This document shows, in pieces, positions 26,201 to 39,800 of a stretch of DNA of 64,000 bases. The notes under the pieces are model-generated. The model made no database searches, was not told the DNA's origin, and was given only the letters and a program-made list of their open reading frames with translations. A program made the translations under genes and the position numbers. Source of the stretch: Raillietiella orientalis (lineage: Eukaryota); assembly GCA_036172245.1 (NCBI GenBank), contig JAYWIR010000002.1, positions 3,162,001-3,226,000 of the forward strand. Reading direction: 5' to 3'. The first letter of the stretch is position 1. Every line of letters begins with the position of its first letter.

Positions 26201-26650
26201 GTTTGGTGCACCCAGCTCGGTCCTCCCTCGCATTCCCAGCCGGAGGACCAGGATCCTCGAAGAAACTCTCCAACGCAAGGGACAGATGGTCAGGGCCCTC
26301 TCCTTGCGGCAGGATCGCCTCAGACGACGACTCTCCGCGTCCGCTGCCAGGTTCCGCACCGTTCTTCTCGAAGGAAACTCTGCGTGCGCGCCAAAGAAGG
26401 GGGGGGGGGAGAGGAAGGGAATGCGCCGTGCGCCTTTTCTTTTTTGGACCGCAGGGCGCCAGATGGCTGCCTGCCCGGGGAAGGAAGGGCAGGGAACCGT
26501 ACGGGTGTGGAGCGCGACGCTCGAGGGCCGTTCCCGGGCGACTCGACCGGTGTCTCCCCTGCGTCCGTCCACGCACGCTCCCCCCTCCTCTGCCCTCCCT
26601 CCCTCCTTCGCCCCTTCTTCCAGAAAAGTGAAAACTCTTCGGTCTTCCAG

Positions 26651-26846
26651 ATGGGGGCAGCGACGGCGGCGAACGGCGTGAACTTCCTGGCCCCCGCGAA
26701 GGCGCTGACCAACAGGACGGTGACCGATCTCAACTGGAGCAACCTGACCAAGCTGCTCTGCTACACGGGGCTGTCGGTGGCCGGGAGCATCGGTAACATC
26801 TTTACCATCAGCTCCGTCATGATCCAGGACCACCTCAGGAAGAAGG
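26651..26846 (+). CDS. Class A (rhodopsin-like) GPCR, melatonin receptor-like; coding exon 1 (N-terminus, TM1, ICL1)
   Basis: ATG at 26651 gives MGAATAANGVNFLAPAKALTNRTVTDLNWSNLTKLLCYTGLSVAGSIGNIFTISSVMIQDHLRKK-G. It has N-glycosylation sequons NRT/NWS/NLT, the TM1 GN motif and a phase-1 donor G|GTGAGC at 26846/26847. The ATG directly follows a TTCCAG acceptor, so upstream exons probably exist. Confidence 0.88.
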
Positions 26847-29800
26847 GTGAGCATGAAGGGAGGCTCCCGAGCCCTTGGGGGGGAGGAGGGAAGGAACGGT
26901 TTTTCTTTGGTGGCCTCCGGGACCGTGGGTGCATCGCCGCAGATCACACGCCGTCGCCGCTTCCTGAAAAGGTGGCGTCCTCGAGGGCGCGTGTTTGGGG
27001 CGCGTGCGGAGGTGCTGATGAGGGGAGGCAGCGGGAAGGGAGAGAGGCGGTCGAATCTTCCTGCTGTCCGACACAGGAAGCTCTCCTGGAACGCCCCTCC
27101 CCTTCCATCCTTTCATCCTTCTCCCCTTCCATCCTCGTGGGTCGCTCGGTCCCCCACGCCCAAACCAGAGAGCGTGAGATGATGGGTCCGGCGTTCTCGG
27201 AGCGAAACCCGGAGCGCGCGCCAGTCGGCTCGGCCATCCAGCAGCGTCCCATTACAGGAAATAACGGCCAGGGAAAGCCTGGTTTATCCCGGGAACCTCG
27301 CCTCCGAGTGATGCCATTGGCCGTGTCTTCGGTTTATTGCCCCGCACGGATGACCGGCTGCCTCCCCATCTGGGATCGTTAAGCCGGAGAGCGATTTCTC
27401 TTCCCCGATCCCCTTCCCCCCCCTCCTCCTCCTCCTCCTTCTTCCCCCTGAGGAGGGAGTGGAGTTGCGGTCTCCAGGCGTGACGGGGAAGGACCCGCCG
27501 ATGCTGAGGTGGCGCGGAGGACGCGCGTCCATCGTTCCACCAACTGCGCCTCCTCGAAAGTTCCAGGACTGGTCGCAAGAAACGGCAACGCTCTCTCCCG
27601 GTGTTCGCCCGCGCGCGCGCCCTCGGGAGCGAGGATTCCTCAGGGGACGTGGGAAATCGTCGGGCGTGCTGCGGTCCGACCTCCCCCCTGACCCCGAGCA
27701 ATCACCCTTTTTCCTTCTCTTCCAGCGGCGGCGGCACATTCCCGTCCCATCGCTTCTCCCGCGCCGTTCTGGCATATCTTGAGAGCCCTCGAGGGCCCTC
27801 GAGCGCGCGGAAGAGTGGGAGTCATCAGAGAGTCCGCTTCCTGCTCCAGGAGAGGCGCGGGGGGGTCTGTGCGTTCACACCTCCGTGGACGGAAGGGAAG
27901 GAACTGGGTGACGGCATTCGGGACGGGCGCCGCTGCCCTGCGCGTTCTCCACGGCGGAGAGCTCGGTCAGCGCCGTCCCGAGACCCAGCTGGGAAGCGGG
28001 CAAAAGGCCCGTCGGCACCCGGGTCGAGATCTGCATCTTCCCCCTCCCCCTGGTTCTCTGAGCCGCGCTGGGATAGTCCTCTCTCCTCCCTTGCAGCTTC
28101 ACCACTGCCGCAGGAGCGCAAATCCACCCGGGAGGATCTCGAATCCACTGGGACGCGCGCGGCTAGCGAGTCGGGTAGCGACCTGCTCTTGCGGAAGCCT
28201 CCGGCTGGACTTGCTCTCGTTGCCGGGATGAAAAATCGCTTTCTTCCGTCTGTCCTTCCGCATAGGCTGCTCCGGGTCGCATTCTTCCTCCTCCGCGCGC
28301 GCTGGAGGGCTCACTCCTCGGCAGCTCCCGTCGAGTCCCGAGAATCGGATTTTGGGCGAGCCGACCAACCGGCCCGGCTGCTTGCGGACGCGCGGCTGCC
28401 TTGGTGAAGCCCGCCGGCAGCGCCTCGGGCGGACTGTTGGTCGCGGAGAGGAGCCGTCCGCGCTCGTGTCCCCAGGAAGTTTCCCAGCGCCCCCCTCCTT
28501 CTCCCGGGCGCCTCTACCCAACACACGTGTTGGCACGCGCACACCACACGCTCGTTCGAGTGGTTCCGGTGGCCGAATCCGAGGTCCACAGTCGAAGGTC
28601 GATGGCGCGCCATGCGCGCGCCACTCCGCGGCGGAAAAGGAACGGCCTCCAACGCACATGTGGGGTGCCTTGGCGCGTTGAAATCACGGACGCCGAACGG
28701 CCATCTGAGCGGTTCCCAGGGAGTCTGTCTGATGTTTAGCCGCGTCGCGTGGGGGCCGTGCCTCCTCACTCACCCTGCGTCAGAGCCGGGGAACATTTTC
28801 ACTTGCTGGAAGATCAAGGACTCCTCAGGTAACCTCCCACTTTCCCTCTTCAGCAGGGTGATGGGGGGGGGGGGTTGAGGGCGACCTCGTAGAGCAGAGT
28901 CGCAGGGACGAGGGGAAGACGGGGGAGCTTCTTTGACGCGCTGATCCGGCGACGCGTGGCAGACCGAGACGGGAATTCACCCGCCGGCTGCCCCGTCCGT
29001 GGCTCTGTCACTCGTCTCAGCAAGCAGCGCTCATTGTCGGGTCACCTGCTGCTCCTTCTGCACCTGATTCGGAACATCCAGGACTGCAACGGACCGCCGA
29101 TGCGTGTTACAGCTGTACGCAATGGAACGAACTGACTCGCGAGTGACCCGCTCCGCTTGAAGGAGCCCTCTTGCTCCAAGACAGCAACACCCATCACAGA
29201 GAGGATGCATCGGCGCGTTTATTATCCGCTGGGCCCGCGAACAAACCCGCGAACAGTGCGTGGAGCCAACACGGCACTGTTTCCGGGAAACAGAGCATCT
29301 TCTCCAGCAGCGAAAGTCCTTCTTTTCACACCTCTCAGGACGACTCTCCTACGACCGCGGATGCAGGCACGGATATCTCAGCTTGCCTCCCCTCGATCGC
29401 CGCCGTGTCCCGAAGTCTTCTTCGCATCGACTTTCACGTTTCCCGGAGCTCCCGAAACATCCCTTTCAGTAGGGAAAAACGCCCGATAACGGCGATGCCC
29501 TGACACTCTACCGCATTGACGTATCTCCTCTTCCCCTCCCTCCTCCCCCCCATCCCCGTTTTTCGCTCCCTTTCTTTTTAAATAGTGGGCTCCGAGGTAT
29601 CGATCTCTGTTCGGGAACACACTCGAAGTTAGGTACCGTTTGCTCGCGCATCCGTTCTTGAGATGTCGGTGACAAGCACCGGTCCAGGAAGGACTCGCCT
29701 CTATGGCGAGCGGTCGCTCCACTTCACGGGACTGCCGGAGAGAAACGCGCTCGAAACAAATTGTGATCGGCACGTGGATCCTCCGCGCAGATGGTGGCTG

Positions 29801-31316
29801 GGAGCACTGCGTGGCGTGCGCGCGCTCCGTCCGGCTTGCGCGCGGCACGTGAAGCGGAGCGACGCTGGTTGCCAGCCGACCGAAATGAGCCTCGCTCCGT
29901 ACTTTTGAGTGAGTACGGAGCGGCTGAACAACAAGCAGCGTCACCTCCGTCTCGTACAGCGTGCAGCAGCATCCGTTCGCAAATAGAACTGATGGAAGCG
30001 GAAGGCCTCACTGTATTCCGCTGGACATGGCAACCCTGTCGGACACCAGAACCCCAGCTTGCCGGAGAATAGATCGATGGGCGATTCGAACTTTTGGCCT
30101 GCGCACCATGCGTGGCATAGATGTGCCGCCGATGCTTCCGAAGCGTCTCGTGCATGACACCGAGCTTCAGGGGAAGCATGTGAGCTCCCTTGCAACCCTT
30201 CCCTTACCCATTCCTCTTTGCTGAGGCTTTGCTGGTTTGGCGATTTTGCCGACCCCACCCCATTTTCATTTCCAAGGTCATCAAACTGTACAGGCTACAT
30301 TACAGGCGATGCATACGTCATTCTTAGAAAACAAGCAATATCCATTAGAGACACCATCTCTGACCTTGCTTCGGTACTTGGACGTGCTCCGCGGAACTTC
30401 TTATTCCCTTCAGAGAACAGAGTCTCTATTGCATTTCCGCAGTAATTGAAACGCCTTTTGACAGGAAGATGCACAGCTCTGTGAGGAATGGTTGCTGTCG
30501 CTCTGCATTTCCCGGGAAATTTATTCCTCTGCTCATGCCGTTCATTGCTTATCATTCTATATTATACACATGGTTTTGCATGCTCAGATGACTTTCCTGA
30601 CTCCTGGGTGGAAGACGTCTTTCAGGAATGCTTTTTTTTTTTCGAGTTGGCTGTGACATGAGCTTGACAGGCCGAATCTCGATCACGGGCGAAGAGCAAC
30701 GTCCTCCGCTTACTGAAAAGGAAATTCCCTTTGCCATGTCCAACACTGCCTGGAGTGGTCGTTGGCTGCTGATGTGTGATGTGGATTCCTTGGGCCGCCA
30801 TGTCGAATACGTTGGACGAAAGAGCGCATTAAGATGATTGCTGTTGAGCCTGCGTTCATCTCACTGTTGGTGTAGAGGAGGAAGAATGTCCAATTTCGTG
30901 TGTCACCCTGCGAGCAGACGCATGTCGTGAGGAGCCCCGACGGGATTTCACCGAGCGTTCGCGAACGGCATTGAAGACACGCGCGAAAGAATGTTTACGC
31001 CGAGCTGAGCACACTTCTGGACGTATGTGCACACGTGTACACACGGTGATGTTTGTAACTACCTTTTGAGTAAAGCCGTGACCTGAGGCGAAGACCATTA
31101 ATCAACTCCGGGCATCATTATTTCATCAGAATCGAAGTCTCAGGAAGGAACCAACAACTGTTGAGCGAAAATGACGCAAAGTAAATGAGCTCGCAGAAAG
31201 GGATGCAGGAGCACAGGAGCGATTTATTCTATCGAGGGCAGCGAAAAGTAATTCACGCTTGGGAGAGCCGAGTCCAGAGCAGCATTCTTCGGAGGAAAAT
31301 TCCTCGCATAATTTCT

Positions 31317-31341
31317 TATGTATATATGTATATATATATAT
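31317..31341. repeat. Imperfect (TA)n microsatellite
   Basis: tatgtatatatgtatatatatatat seen directly. Confidence 0.75.
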
Positions 31342-31671
31342 TGTGTGATGGTTGCTTGGTGCTGCATGCACATTGTCTAATCATGTGCATGTAATTAAGA
31401 TGCGAAGAGCGCTCACACTTTATTCATGCGTATGCAGATTGAGGGGAAGTGTACGTGCTTTTTTTTTTTCAAGTGCATTATCTACTCAGATAAGCAACCG
31501 TTGATCTTTTGGTAGTGTAACGTAAAGATGGCCGACCGCAAGCAAGTGAAACACTTGATTTTGAAATCCACGGAAGATTCAGCGGGAAAAGTGGCAACCG
31601 ATGGTTTCAGGTGCATTTATATTAATATTCGCAGTTATGCTACAATTATCAGTAAAGCACCTGTTCACGAT

Positions 31672-31693
31672 TCTCTCTCTCTCTCTCTCTCTT
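31672..31693. repeat. (TC)n microsatellite
   Basis: About ten TC units seen directly in the GPCR intron. Confidence 0.85.
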
Positions 31694-32522
31694 TGCTTCT
31701 TCCGTCTTCTTCCCCCCCTTCCTCCCCCCTTCCCCTGTATTTTTATATGAAGGAAAAAAGAAGCTGCCTGATGCGTTTAAAGGCATCAGCAGATATTTGC
31801 TGCTGCTGCTGCGAACAGCATTTTCCCCTCCGTCCTGGCAGAAACAACAGCAAAATGAGACGAACTCTCACTCGAACACTCATCCAAGCGATTTTGGTTC
31901 GCAAACAAATCGTAATGGATCGCTTTCGGTAATTACCAGAATGTATCCGGAAAGCAGAAGCCTTGGAATTCATCCTGAGAAGCATTCATTAGTTTAAGCC
32001 TTTCCACTCAGACTTCTGATGGTTACTTCCTCCAAGAGCCCTGCATCACCAGCTACGAACTCAGTTCTTCAGCGTGGGTCCCTCACGGGGGAGGAGGAAA
32101 ACCACGCTGCTCTTCAATTTAAATTTGCTCCCTTCGTGCCAAACGGTCTGTCACACAAATTCCCAATACCCTCCTGTGAATACCAAGGACCGGAAAATTC
32201 GAAGCCATTTCGCGCATGCAAGGAATTTTTGTACATGAGGTGGCTTCCCCATGTGTGTACATCTGTCATACGATCCTGCTTTTTCGAACCGCGAAAATAA
32301 TAAAAACCCACTGTCAGACGGACGGAACGAGGGCGTGCCGTTCGTTTTCTTGAGAGGTGATTTTCCACCGCTCGCCGACTTGCGATTCTCCACTCTTCGT
32401 GCTGTGGATCGGCGCGAGCTGAAACCGATTCTTTAACCGCCAGTTCGTGATTTTGAAATAATTTGGCTCAAACTTCTGCTTCCTCAAACCACCTTCCTAA
32501 TGACTCTTTTTATGTCTTGCAG

Positions 32523-33499
32523 GGAACATCTTCGTGGTCAATCTCGCACTCACTGACCTTGTTATTTCGGTTATAGTTATCCCTTCGAATGTTGTCGCAG
32601 TTTTGTCAGGTCAAGACAGACGAAAAGACTTGTGCCACCTCCAGTGGTTTATCATCATCCTGTGCTGCCTGATTTCTCTCCTTACGATGATGAATATAGC
32701 AATCGAAAACTGGTTGCGCCTGTTCCGTTCTTCCACTCATCGTGCATTTTATACGATTGAGCATATAATGGTATGCTTGTTGATAATTTGGTTTCTGTCC
32801 ATAGTAACTGTGTCCTCCCAATATCTATTGAAACTGGGACCCGATTACTGCACTATGTACTTTCAAGGAACACTGGTGTTCCACGTGGTTGTTGGTACAT
32901 TTTTTGTCGTGCTTCCAACGATAGTGTCGTTTACCTGTTTTATCACGGCTGTAATTGACGTGAAGCACGTGAAAAGCCAGCACAATTTAGAATTGCCAGC
33001 AAGTTTTTCCCGCGACTACTCGACCATGAAGACAAACTTCTGTGTCTTCACCGTGTTCTTGCTCCTGTGGCTGCCGTTCGGAATAAGCATCTGCGTTGGT
33101 TCCGTTTATCGCCTGAGCCCAACCATATACGAAAATTTCTCCCTCTGCGTCCTCAGTAATTCATGTGTTAAAGGCTTCGTTTACTGCTTCACGAATCGCT
33201 ACTTTCGCTACGCCTTCGTCAATCTGTTTCATTACTGCTTCTGCAAGACCTCAGTGTCGTTCTCGTCCAGAAGACTGCGCTCGGAGACGACGAGGAGTTC
33301 GGAATACGTCCGCGTGCACATAATACCGGGCTACAACATTTACTCGAGTGGGAACAGCAGTGCCAGCACACACCCTCACCATACGAACAGTTCGCCTGCG
33401 AGGAAAGAAATGCACACCAAGTTCCCCAACATCAAAAGGCCCTTCATGAACAAACCGAGGGTGTACGTAGGGCAGTCAAAGAATGTTTACCAGTTGTGA
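32523..33499 (+). CDS. Class A GPCR, melatonin receptor-like; coding exon 2 (TM2-TM7, C-tail); full protein 390 aa
   Basis: Six hydrophobic helices with NLALTD (TM2), the conserved Cys at the top of TM3 (LCHLQW), AIENW at the DRY position, the TM4 Trp, LP in TM5, FLLLWLP (TM6), SNSCVKGFVY (TM7), helix 8 NRYFRYAF, Cys cluster YCFC, and stop TGA at 33497-33499. Confidence 0.95.
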
Positions 33500-33885
33500 C
33501 CGAGGTGTGTCGAACGGGCAGACGAACCGAACTTTTTGTGCTTCACCAACCACTACGACTGCTACACGTTGTGCACGGTGCATGGGCAAGCTGTGGTCGT
33601 TGCCGTTCGCAGATGGATAGTAATAAGTTGTTAACACAAGGAACATTCTTTGTCGCAGCTCCGTACGAAAAAGGACTGGATTCGTAGTACAGCTGTGACC
33701 GTGTGAATTCGTTTATTAGTGATTTTCAATAATTATGACTCATTTCAGTCCGAAAAGGGAGGGGGGAGGGGGGAAAAAAAACAAAAAACAAAAAAGCCGA
33801 ATGCCTATTTCTTCTTTATGTGATAAATTTAAGTACAGTTAGCGATGTCAGAAAGCTGTTGAGAGTTATTAATGTAAAGTACACA

Positions 33886-33891
33886 AATAAA
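33886..33891 (+). promoter_or_regulatory. Candidate polyadenylation signal of the GPCR gene
   Basis: AATAAA about 390 nt after the stop, in AT-rich 3'UTR-like sequence followed by a GT/T-rich stretch. Confidence 0.45.
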
Positions 33892-36800
33892 CAAGTTTTG
33901 GTTATTTATAAAAGAGCAGATTTTATCGTCGTATACGCAATGCCATAACTAGTCTCATTAAAGTTCGAGTCTCGAAAAAAAAAAACTTGTACAGTCTATA
34001 AACTTCTCCGAGTAAAAAGAAAACTTGGATCCTTAATAATAAAATGATAGTCAATGTCTGAAAATGATCCTCATTCTTGTTATAATAAATTGAACTCAAG
34101 ATCCTGTTTTGCTTATTGAAAGGTACGTTTTTCTCCAGCAATTCAGAATACACTGAACACTCTGAAGGAACACGTTTCACTGTCCACTGAGTCTTCTGAA
34201 CACCGTGGTGGTTCGGCGGCGCCGCCGTCCCCTTCCACTGCAAGAGCTCTCCTCCCGGCCGGCTCTTCTTTAACGATCAGATGGTCAATCCAAGCTTAAG
34301 CAAATTTCTTATCACCGCAACGGTTGGATCGGTTTGCACTGCTCCCATGTAGCCATCTTGAGATCTTCCCTCTCTGTACTTCTGCTGCGTTCGACCGAAC
34401 CTTTTCGCTGCAGTGCCCGGACGAAGATCCTCCCGCTCTTTGATTTTCTCGGAAGCCAAAACTTGTAGCCAAGCAGGAGGGGAGCCCGTCGTATCCGGAG
34501 CGCTTTCGTGCACAAAGCGCGGCCATTAGCCTTCAGGTTCTGAAAAAAGTTTTGCGTTTATGCAGCATCCGCATTCCAAAAACTTCGAGAGGATCCGAAG
34601 TGCATTCTTGCACGCTTCCGCAGAGTTGCATTTGAGCTGCGGACGCTCCGAGTCGGCAGTCTGATGAAAGAAATTCTCTTGAAGGAATGCCGTCGAGAGT
34701 CCACCAGCCAATACCCGAGCATCCTGGAATCACAATGAAACTTGATGGAAAGGAGCCTCTCCACCACAGATATGAAATTCGGTCCCTCCCTCCCCCTTCC
34801 TCCTTCCTTTCTCTCTAGGTTTTCCTCGCCCACTGATACTCACTCTCAAACGATTCAGTTACCTACGAATACCCTACCAACTCTTGGCAACTCGAACTAA
34901 CAGCTCTGTGCACATTGTGCAGCAAATCAAAATACGAGGCAACTGTGACACGTGATACACAGCTCAAACTGAGAAATTGATTTTCCGCTCATTCGTGTGA
35001 AAAGCTTCCCTATCAAAACAGAGAGGGGGGGGCCTTTACTTTCAGACAAGCAGATCTTGTTCGAACCTGGTAAATATCACAACAACAACAAAAACACAAA
35101 AAACCACAGTGAATTCCGGTGTATATTCAGCAGACAAAAAGCATCCACGCTCCATCTTTCTTTTAATGAACAGCTTCGCAAATAATTACATCAGTTGTTC
35201 GGGGAACTCATGGAAACTCCTTTCGCTGACACCGAAGAATTCCAGCGCTTGATGAACGTGATCCTTCAGAGACAACCAAGAGCAACTATGTTGGTGCATC
35301 CATGCTGCTGGTGAAGGGAAACAGAAGCAGGATGACCCGTTGATTTCCACAGAGGTCGCTTGTCAGCTTCCCGAAGGAAATCGGGGCTTCAGTACGACGA
35401 TACCGAAATTTTGTGAACGCAGCTGCCTCTGGAGAGCAGTACTTTCAGGAGGCGACTGGCTGTAATTGGTGCCAAATTTTATCTGTGGTTTCACGTGCAG
35501 ACAAAAGAAGAAGAGAAAATCGAGGACGCAGCTGGAATATCGAAGCGTTTCCGTATCTCAGGGAAACGCAGGTGCCAGGAAATCTTTCGATCTGCGGCGC
35601 ATAAAGGTTCTCAAGATCGGTTCAAAACAACAACAACAACAAAAAAAAATCATGGACGCTGCAAACCCACATTCGTGGCTAAAAGGGTTGATTTTCAAAG
35701 AGATCACCACAAAACTCACGCAGCCTTCAAGGAAGGACTTCTAGGAAGTCTTGGAGCCTTCGGTGGTGGCCTTCTTCAGGTGGTGAGATTGTTCGCGCTC
35801 TTTGAAAAGCAAATGGACAAATCAAGAGCAACCGGACCGCGGAGAGTGTCCATGGAGCCCCAGTGATGCGCTTTCGTTCCTCAGATCTATTAAGCAGGAA
35901 CGAGGAACGTTGCGGTACTTCTTTCTAAGCAAACGAAACTGCCACTCTCTTAGCGGAAGTTCCTCGTTGGAAGTATCCGGCACGCTGACGCGGTGAGTCT
36001 CGAGTTTCCTTTTCGAGGAGCAGCAACCCCATTTCCGAAACCGGCCTGGAGCACGAGGATGCAGCTTGGGCAGCCCAATGGGCTCTTCGCTGCATCGAAC
36101 CGGACTTTTTTCTCTCCGGAAATGCAAGGAACACACGCATCGCGTTGGTCGCCTCCAGGAAGAGCAACCGGTGTGACAGGCGCACACAATATACAGGTGG
36201 CAAGGCAACCTGTTGCTTTCACCCCGGATGTGGAGGAAATTGAAAGGAATTTGAATCCTGTTGAGGGACCGGACTAATCCATGCCAGAAGCAACGGCAAG
36301 CAGCGGGGAGGAGGGCTCGGAAGAACACGCTTTTCCGAATACCTGATGGCTTTTTCTTCGTGTAGGACCAGCAGCCACGATCGCAGATCGTTCAGCAGCT
36401 TGATGCGCGGGGGCCGCACGAGGTTTCTTGGCCCCGCAGGCGGAAGCATTTCGTTTTTCAGGTGGCTTCGTGTAGCCGGCGTGGAACGCGTCCAGCTTCT
36501 GCTTGCTACCAGCAGAATCCTTCCCGGAGCCCCATCCCATTCCACACTTTTCCACTCAGTGAGCTGTTATTTTTTCGCGCCAGGACCAAACGAGGAGCGG
36601 GAAACCGTTCAGCAGCGGTTCTCCATTTCGTAAGGTTGCGGCAGTTTTTTTTTTTTTTTTTTTTTAAGCGGGGGCAGGAGAAAGGGGGAGGGCAATTATC
36701 CCTTCTTAACTGATCATTGCCATATGCTGCATCCAAATACGAGTAGGTGGAACGTGATCTTCGTGGGCAACGACTGCGTAAAATCTTGAAACTTCTCGAA

Positions 36801-39800
36801 TGGAATGGTTCCGTGGAAAAACAGGCAACGCTGGCTTTTCGCCTCTGGATAGTAGAAGCATCCCGAGCGGAATAGGGATACATAGGAGTGCGCACTTTTC
36901 GAGCGCCAGCCAGCAGCGACCAGAGCATTGTTCTTCTGAAAGCTGCTTGGATGTTTTGTCCGCTTCTGCACTTCTAATCCCAGGATGAGATACCGTGGCT
37001 GCTCAATCAGATAAAGAAGATCGAACTGCGGACGTAGCTCCAGAGGGAACGTGGATTGAAGCTCTCCGTCGACGGACGAAAAATGTCCAAGAGTCCCGAG
37101 TCGATGAATCCTGACGCTGGTAAGCGGCTCAGATTTCTTCCTGGATGCCGCTGCCTCTGAGCTGGATGACTTTCAGCGTTGCTCTATCGGACGGGAGCAG
37201 CTTCAGGAAACAGGAATCCGGACCCGTGGAGATACCAGAAAGGCAATTTCGGACCCGAGCTGCAACCACGAGAAGCCATCCGTCTTGGGTAATCTGCACG
37301 TGACCATCCCTGACGCGTTCAAGATTCTCAGCACAAGATTCCTTTTTCTCGCCAGACAAAGGTTCCAGGAGCCTCCAAGGATCGTAGAGTTGAAAGAGGG
37401 AAAAATCCGGAAACCACCAGGGTCTAGAAAGGCGGGGGGGGGGGTATCGTCAACCAACGAGCCGACAACCCGCCCTAATTCCGAAGGATGGGAACAGAAG
37501 AAAACGATGCACCTCCTATTCACTTCCTCCGCGTATCCGCAGCCTTCAGGTACTCCGGGGTTCTATGATGCTGCCACTGAACGATGCCCGGGAGCTTGGG
37601 AAGCGGTGCTTCGATGTGGCTCCTTGAAATTCCCCCAGCATGACTCAAACGTGTCTTTCGGATTTTACGCTAGCAGTCTGCGGACGTGCAGCTCCAATTT
37701 CCAAACCGGTTGGTTTGGTTCACGGCATCGTAAACTTTCTCTTCTCGGGTGATTGGCCAAATCTTCTTCGCTGCCAAGTTCTCTTGCATGGTTGTGTACA
37801 GAAATCCAATACTCACATGCTCGGATTTCCTATGTGTTCCAGTGTTTGCAATGCATTTTCGGTTTTATGCATGTATAATAAATGTGTCATATATTGTTTT
37901 GCAGATGACCTCCTGCATCCTGAGCTTTTATCGTAGGCATAAAAATGTCATCCAAAAAAAAAAAAAAGTAATGGCTATGCTGGATGAAAAATGTAAATGG
38001 TCACAGAAGAAAGTGACCGCGCACCGCGACTTTGCTGTTCTCCAGAAGATCCTGAAGCCGCGTTCTGGAATAGAGTGCCGACGTCACAGCAGCCGAAGGA
38101 ACTCAAACTTGAGCCTAACCGATTCGAGGTGGAGCGGCAGAAGGAATAGGTGCACCTCCGGCACCATCCGCGCAAGTCCTCGCAAGCCGTTGTTGCTCTT
38201 GAGGTGGGGAACGTGCGCGAGTATGGGGGTGTGCAGACGGATTCCTCCCGCGAGCACGCGAGCTGGAAGATCGGCCGAGGAGAAACTTCACGGCGCGGCT
38301 GGTCCGAAACCAATTTTTCATGCAAATTTCTGGCCATAATCCGGGCATTTAAGGAATCTTGCTGCATTTTCCCTTCAGAAGTACTCAGGAACACTCACAG
38401 AAGGCAACTTGGCTTTCAAGGGATGCAAATGACCGAAAAGTTTTTTTTTTTTTGTTGTTGTTGGTGTTGTTGTTGTGCCTCAGGCGTAGGTTCGCCGCAA
38501 TGCAGCGTTAGATTCCCGAATTTCTGAATTGACACAGCACTTCTGAATCCCCTCTGCAAGCGCTGTTTGTGCCAAGCATCCCTGAAACGAATGGGTGATC
38601 TTCTTCGCACGCCATCGATCCAGGAAGGCCCTAAAGACGAAAACGATGATTCTGTGAAAATTCCGGATCAATATTCAGGAAACCGTGATGCTCCTTGCAG
38701 GTATTTGACGCCTTCCGTGGAATTCCAGCTGCAGCGGCGAATTCTTCCCGCGGTGACTTCTTCTCTCGCGATTCCTCAGGAAGAGTGAAAAGGACGAAAT
38801 CTCCCCTGGGCACGGCTGAATTTCACGTGCCTTTTGCGAATTCAGTGCGAGCCGAATGCCCAAAGGGCTGTCGGTCTCAAGGACGGAAAGTTTCACATTT
38901 CCTTGATTACGAGATATGCTGTCTCCGTGAAAGATAGCAGCGAGGAATGCGATTTTTGAAGCCCAGATCGGATTGCATCGTTCTCGGCGGAGGTCCGAAC
39001 GGGTCTATTCGAAATCCAGGACGGACGTCCACGAAATGAAGCATTTGTGTGACTTCGCGGGGTGACAGATGCTGGGATCAAGGAAAGTTTCCAGACGCAC
39101 TCTGCCTATCATTTATAAACTGCTTGCTGTCTCGTTCTGCAAGGGAGACAAAAGTGCTGCAGATGCAGAACGCAAGGCCTGAATTTCGAGCATCGCCGCA
39201 GATGATCATCTCGCAAGGCGCTACTCGTTCTTCTTCTCCCAGCTTCCGCAGGGCGGAAGGAAAATGGCGGTCGGCCGTAATTTCCTCACATGAAAGTTTG
39301 GTTTCGTTAGTTAATCCGGTTATATTGTTTTCCTCAAGCGCCGCAGTAGTTCCGTTGACTCTTCCTTTCAAATCAGCTGACCTAGATTGAGAGTTTCATC
39401 GGAGCCTCCATTACGAACGTGGCTGCTTTCATCGACGTCTCGGTTCTTGGGGCGTCCGCTGAGGAGAAAAGTCAAGTGAAACTCCTTAGCCATGGGGTGG
39501 CGACTTTGAAACGATAACACCCGAAGCGTTGTGTTCCATCTCCTGCATCCGACCTTAAACCAAAGTCTTCTTATTTTTCCATGGATGACCAACAGCAGGT
39601 AGCTCACGTTTCCAGATGGCTCGGAGCTTCACGGTATGCCTCCCTCGACCAACTCGACTCGAGCGCACCCCCCGTTCACGTTCCTCATCGATGGAACCTC
39701 TATATGCTTTTCGTCTTTGAGGGAGATGTTTAAATCGCATATTGTTCAGCCTCTACAATTATTGTCATTCTAAACAGCTGAGTGGTGTTTAAGTGGCCAA

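Larger units (their letters stand above)
26847..32522 (+). other. 5.7-kb phase-1 intron of the GPCR gene
   Basis: GTGAGC donor, CTAAT branch-like motif near 32497 and TTTTTATGTCTTGCAG acceptor. Joining restores LRKKGNIFVVNLALTDL in frame. Confidence 0.85.

Noticed and set aside
15200..26600. Long ORFs such as 17301-18251, 16730-17668 and 21733-22737
   Set aside because: Low-complexity translations crossing homopolymers, with no conserved motifs.
26384..27382. 332-aa ORF as a single-exon gene
   Set aside because: Only 26651-26846 is GPCR-like. The rest is read-through into flanking intron sequence.
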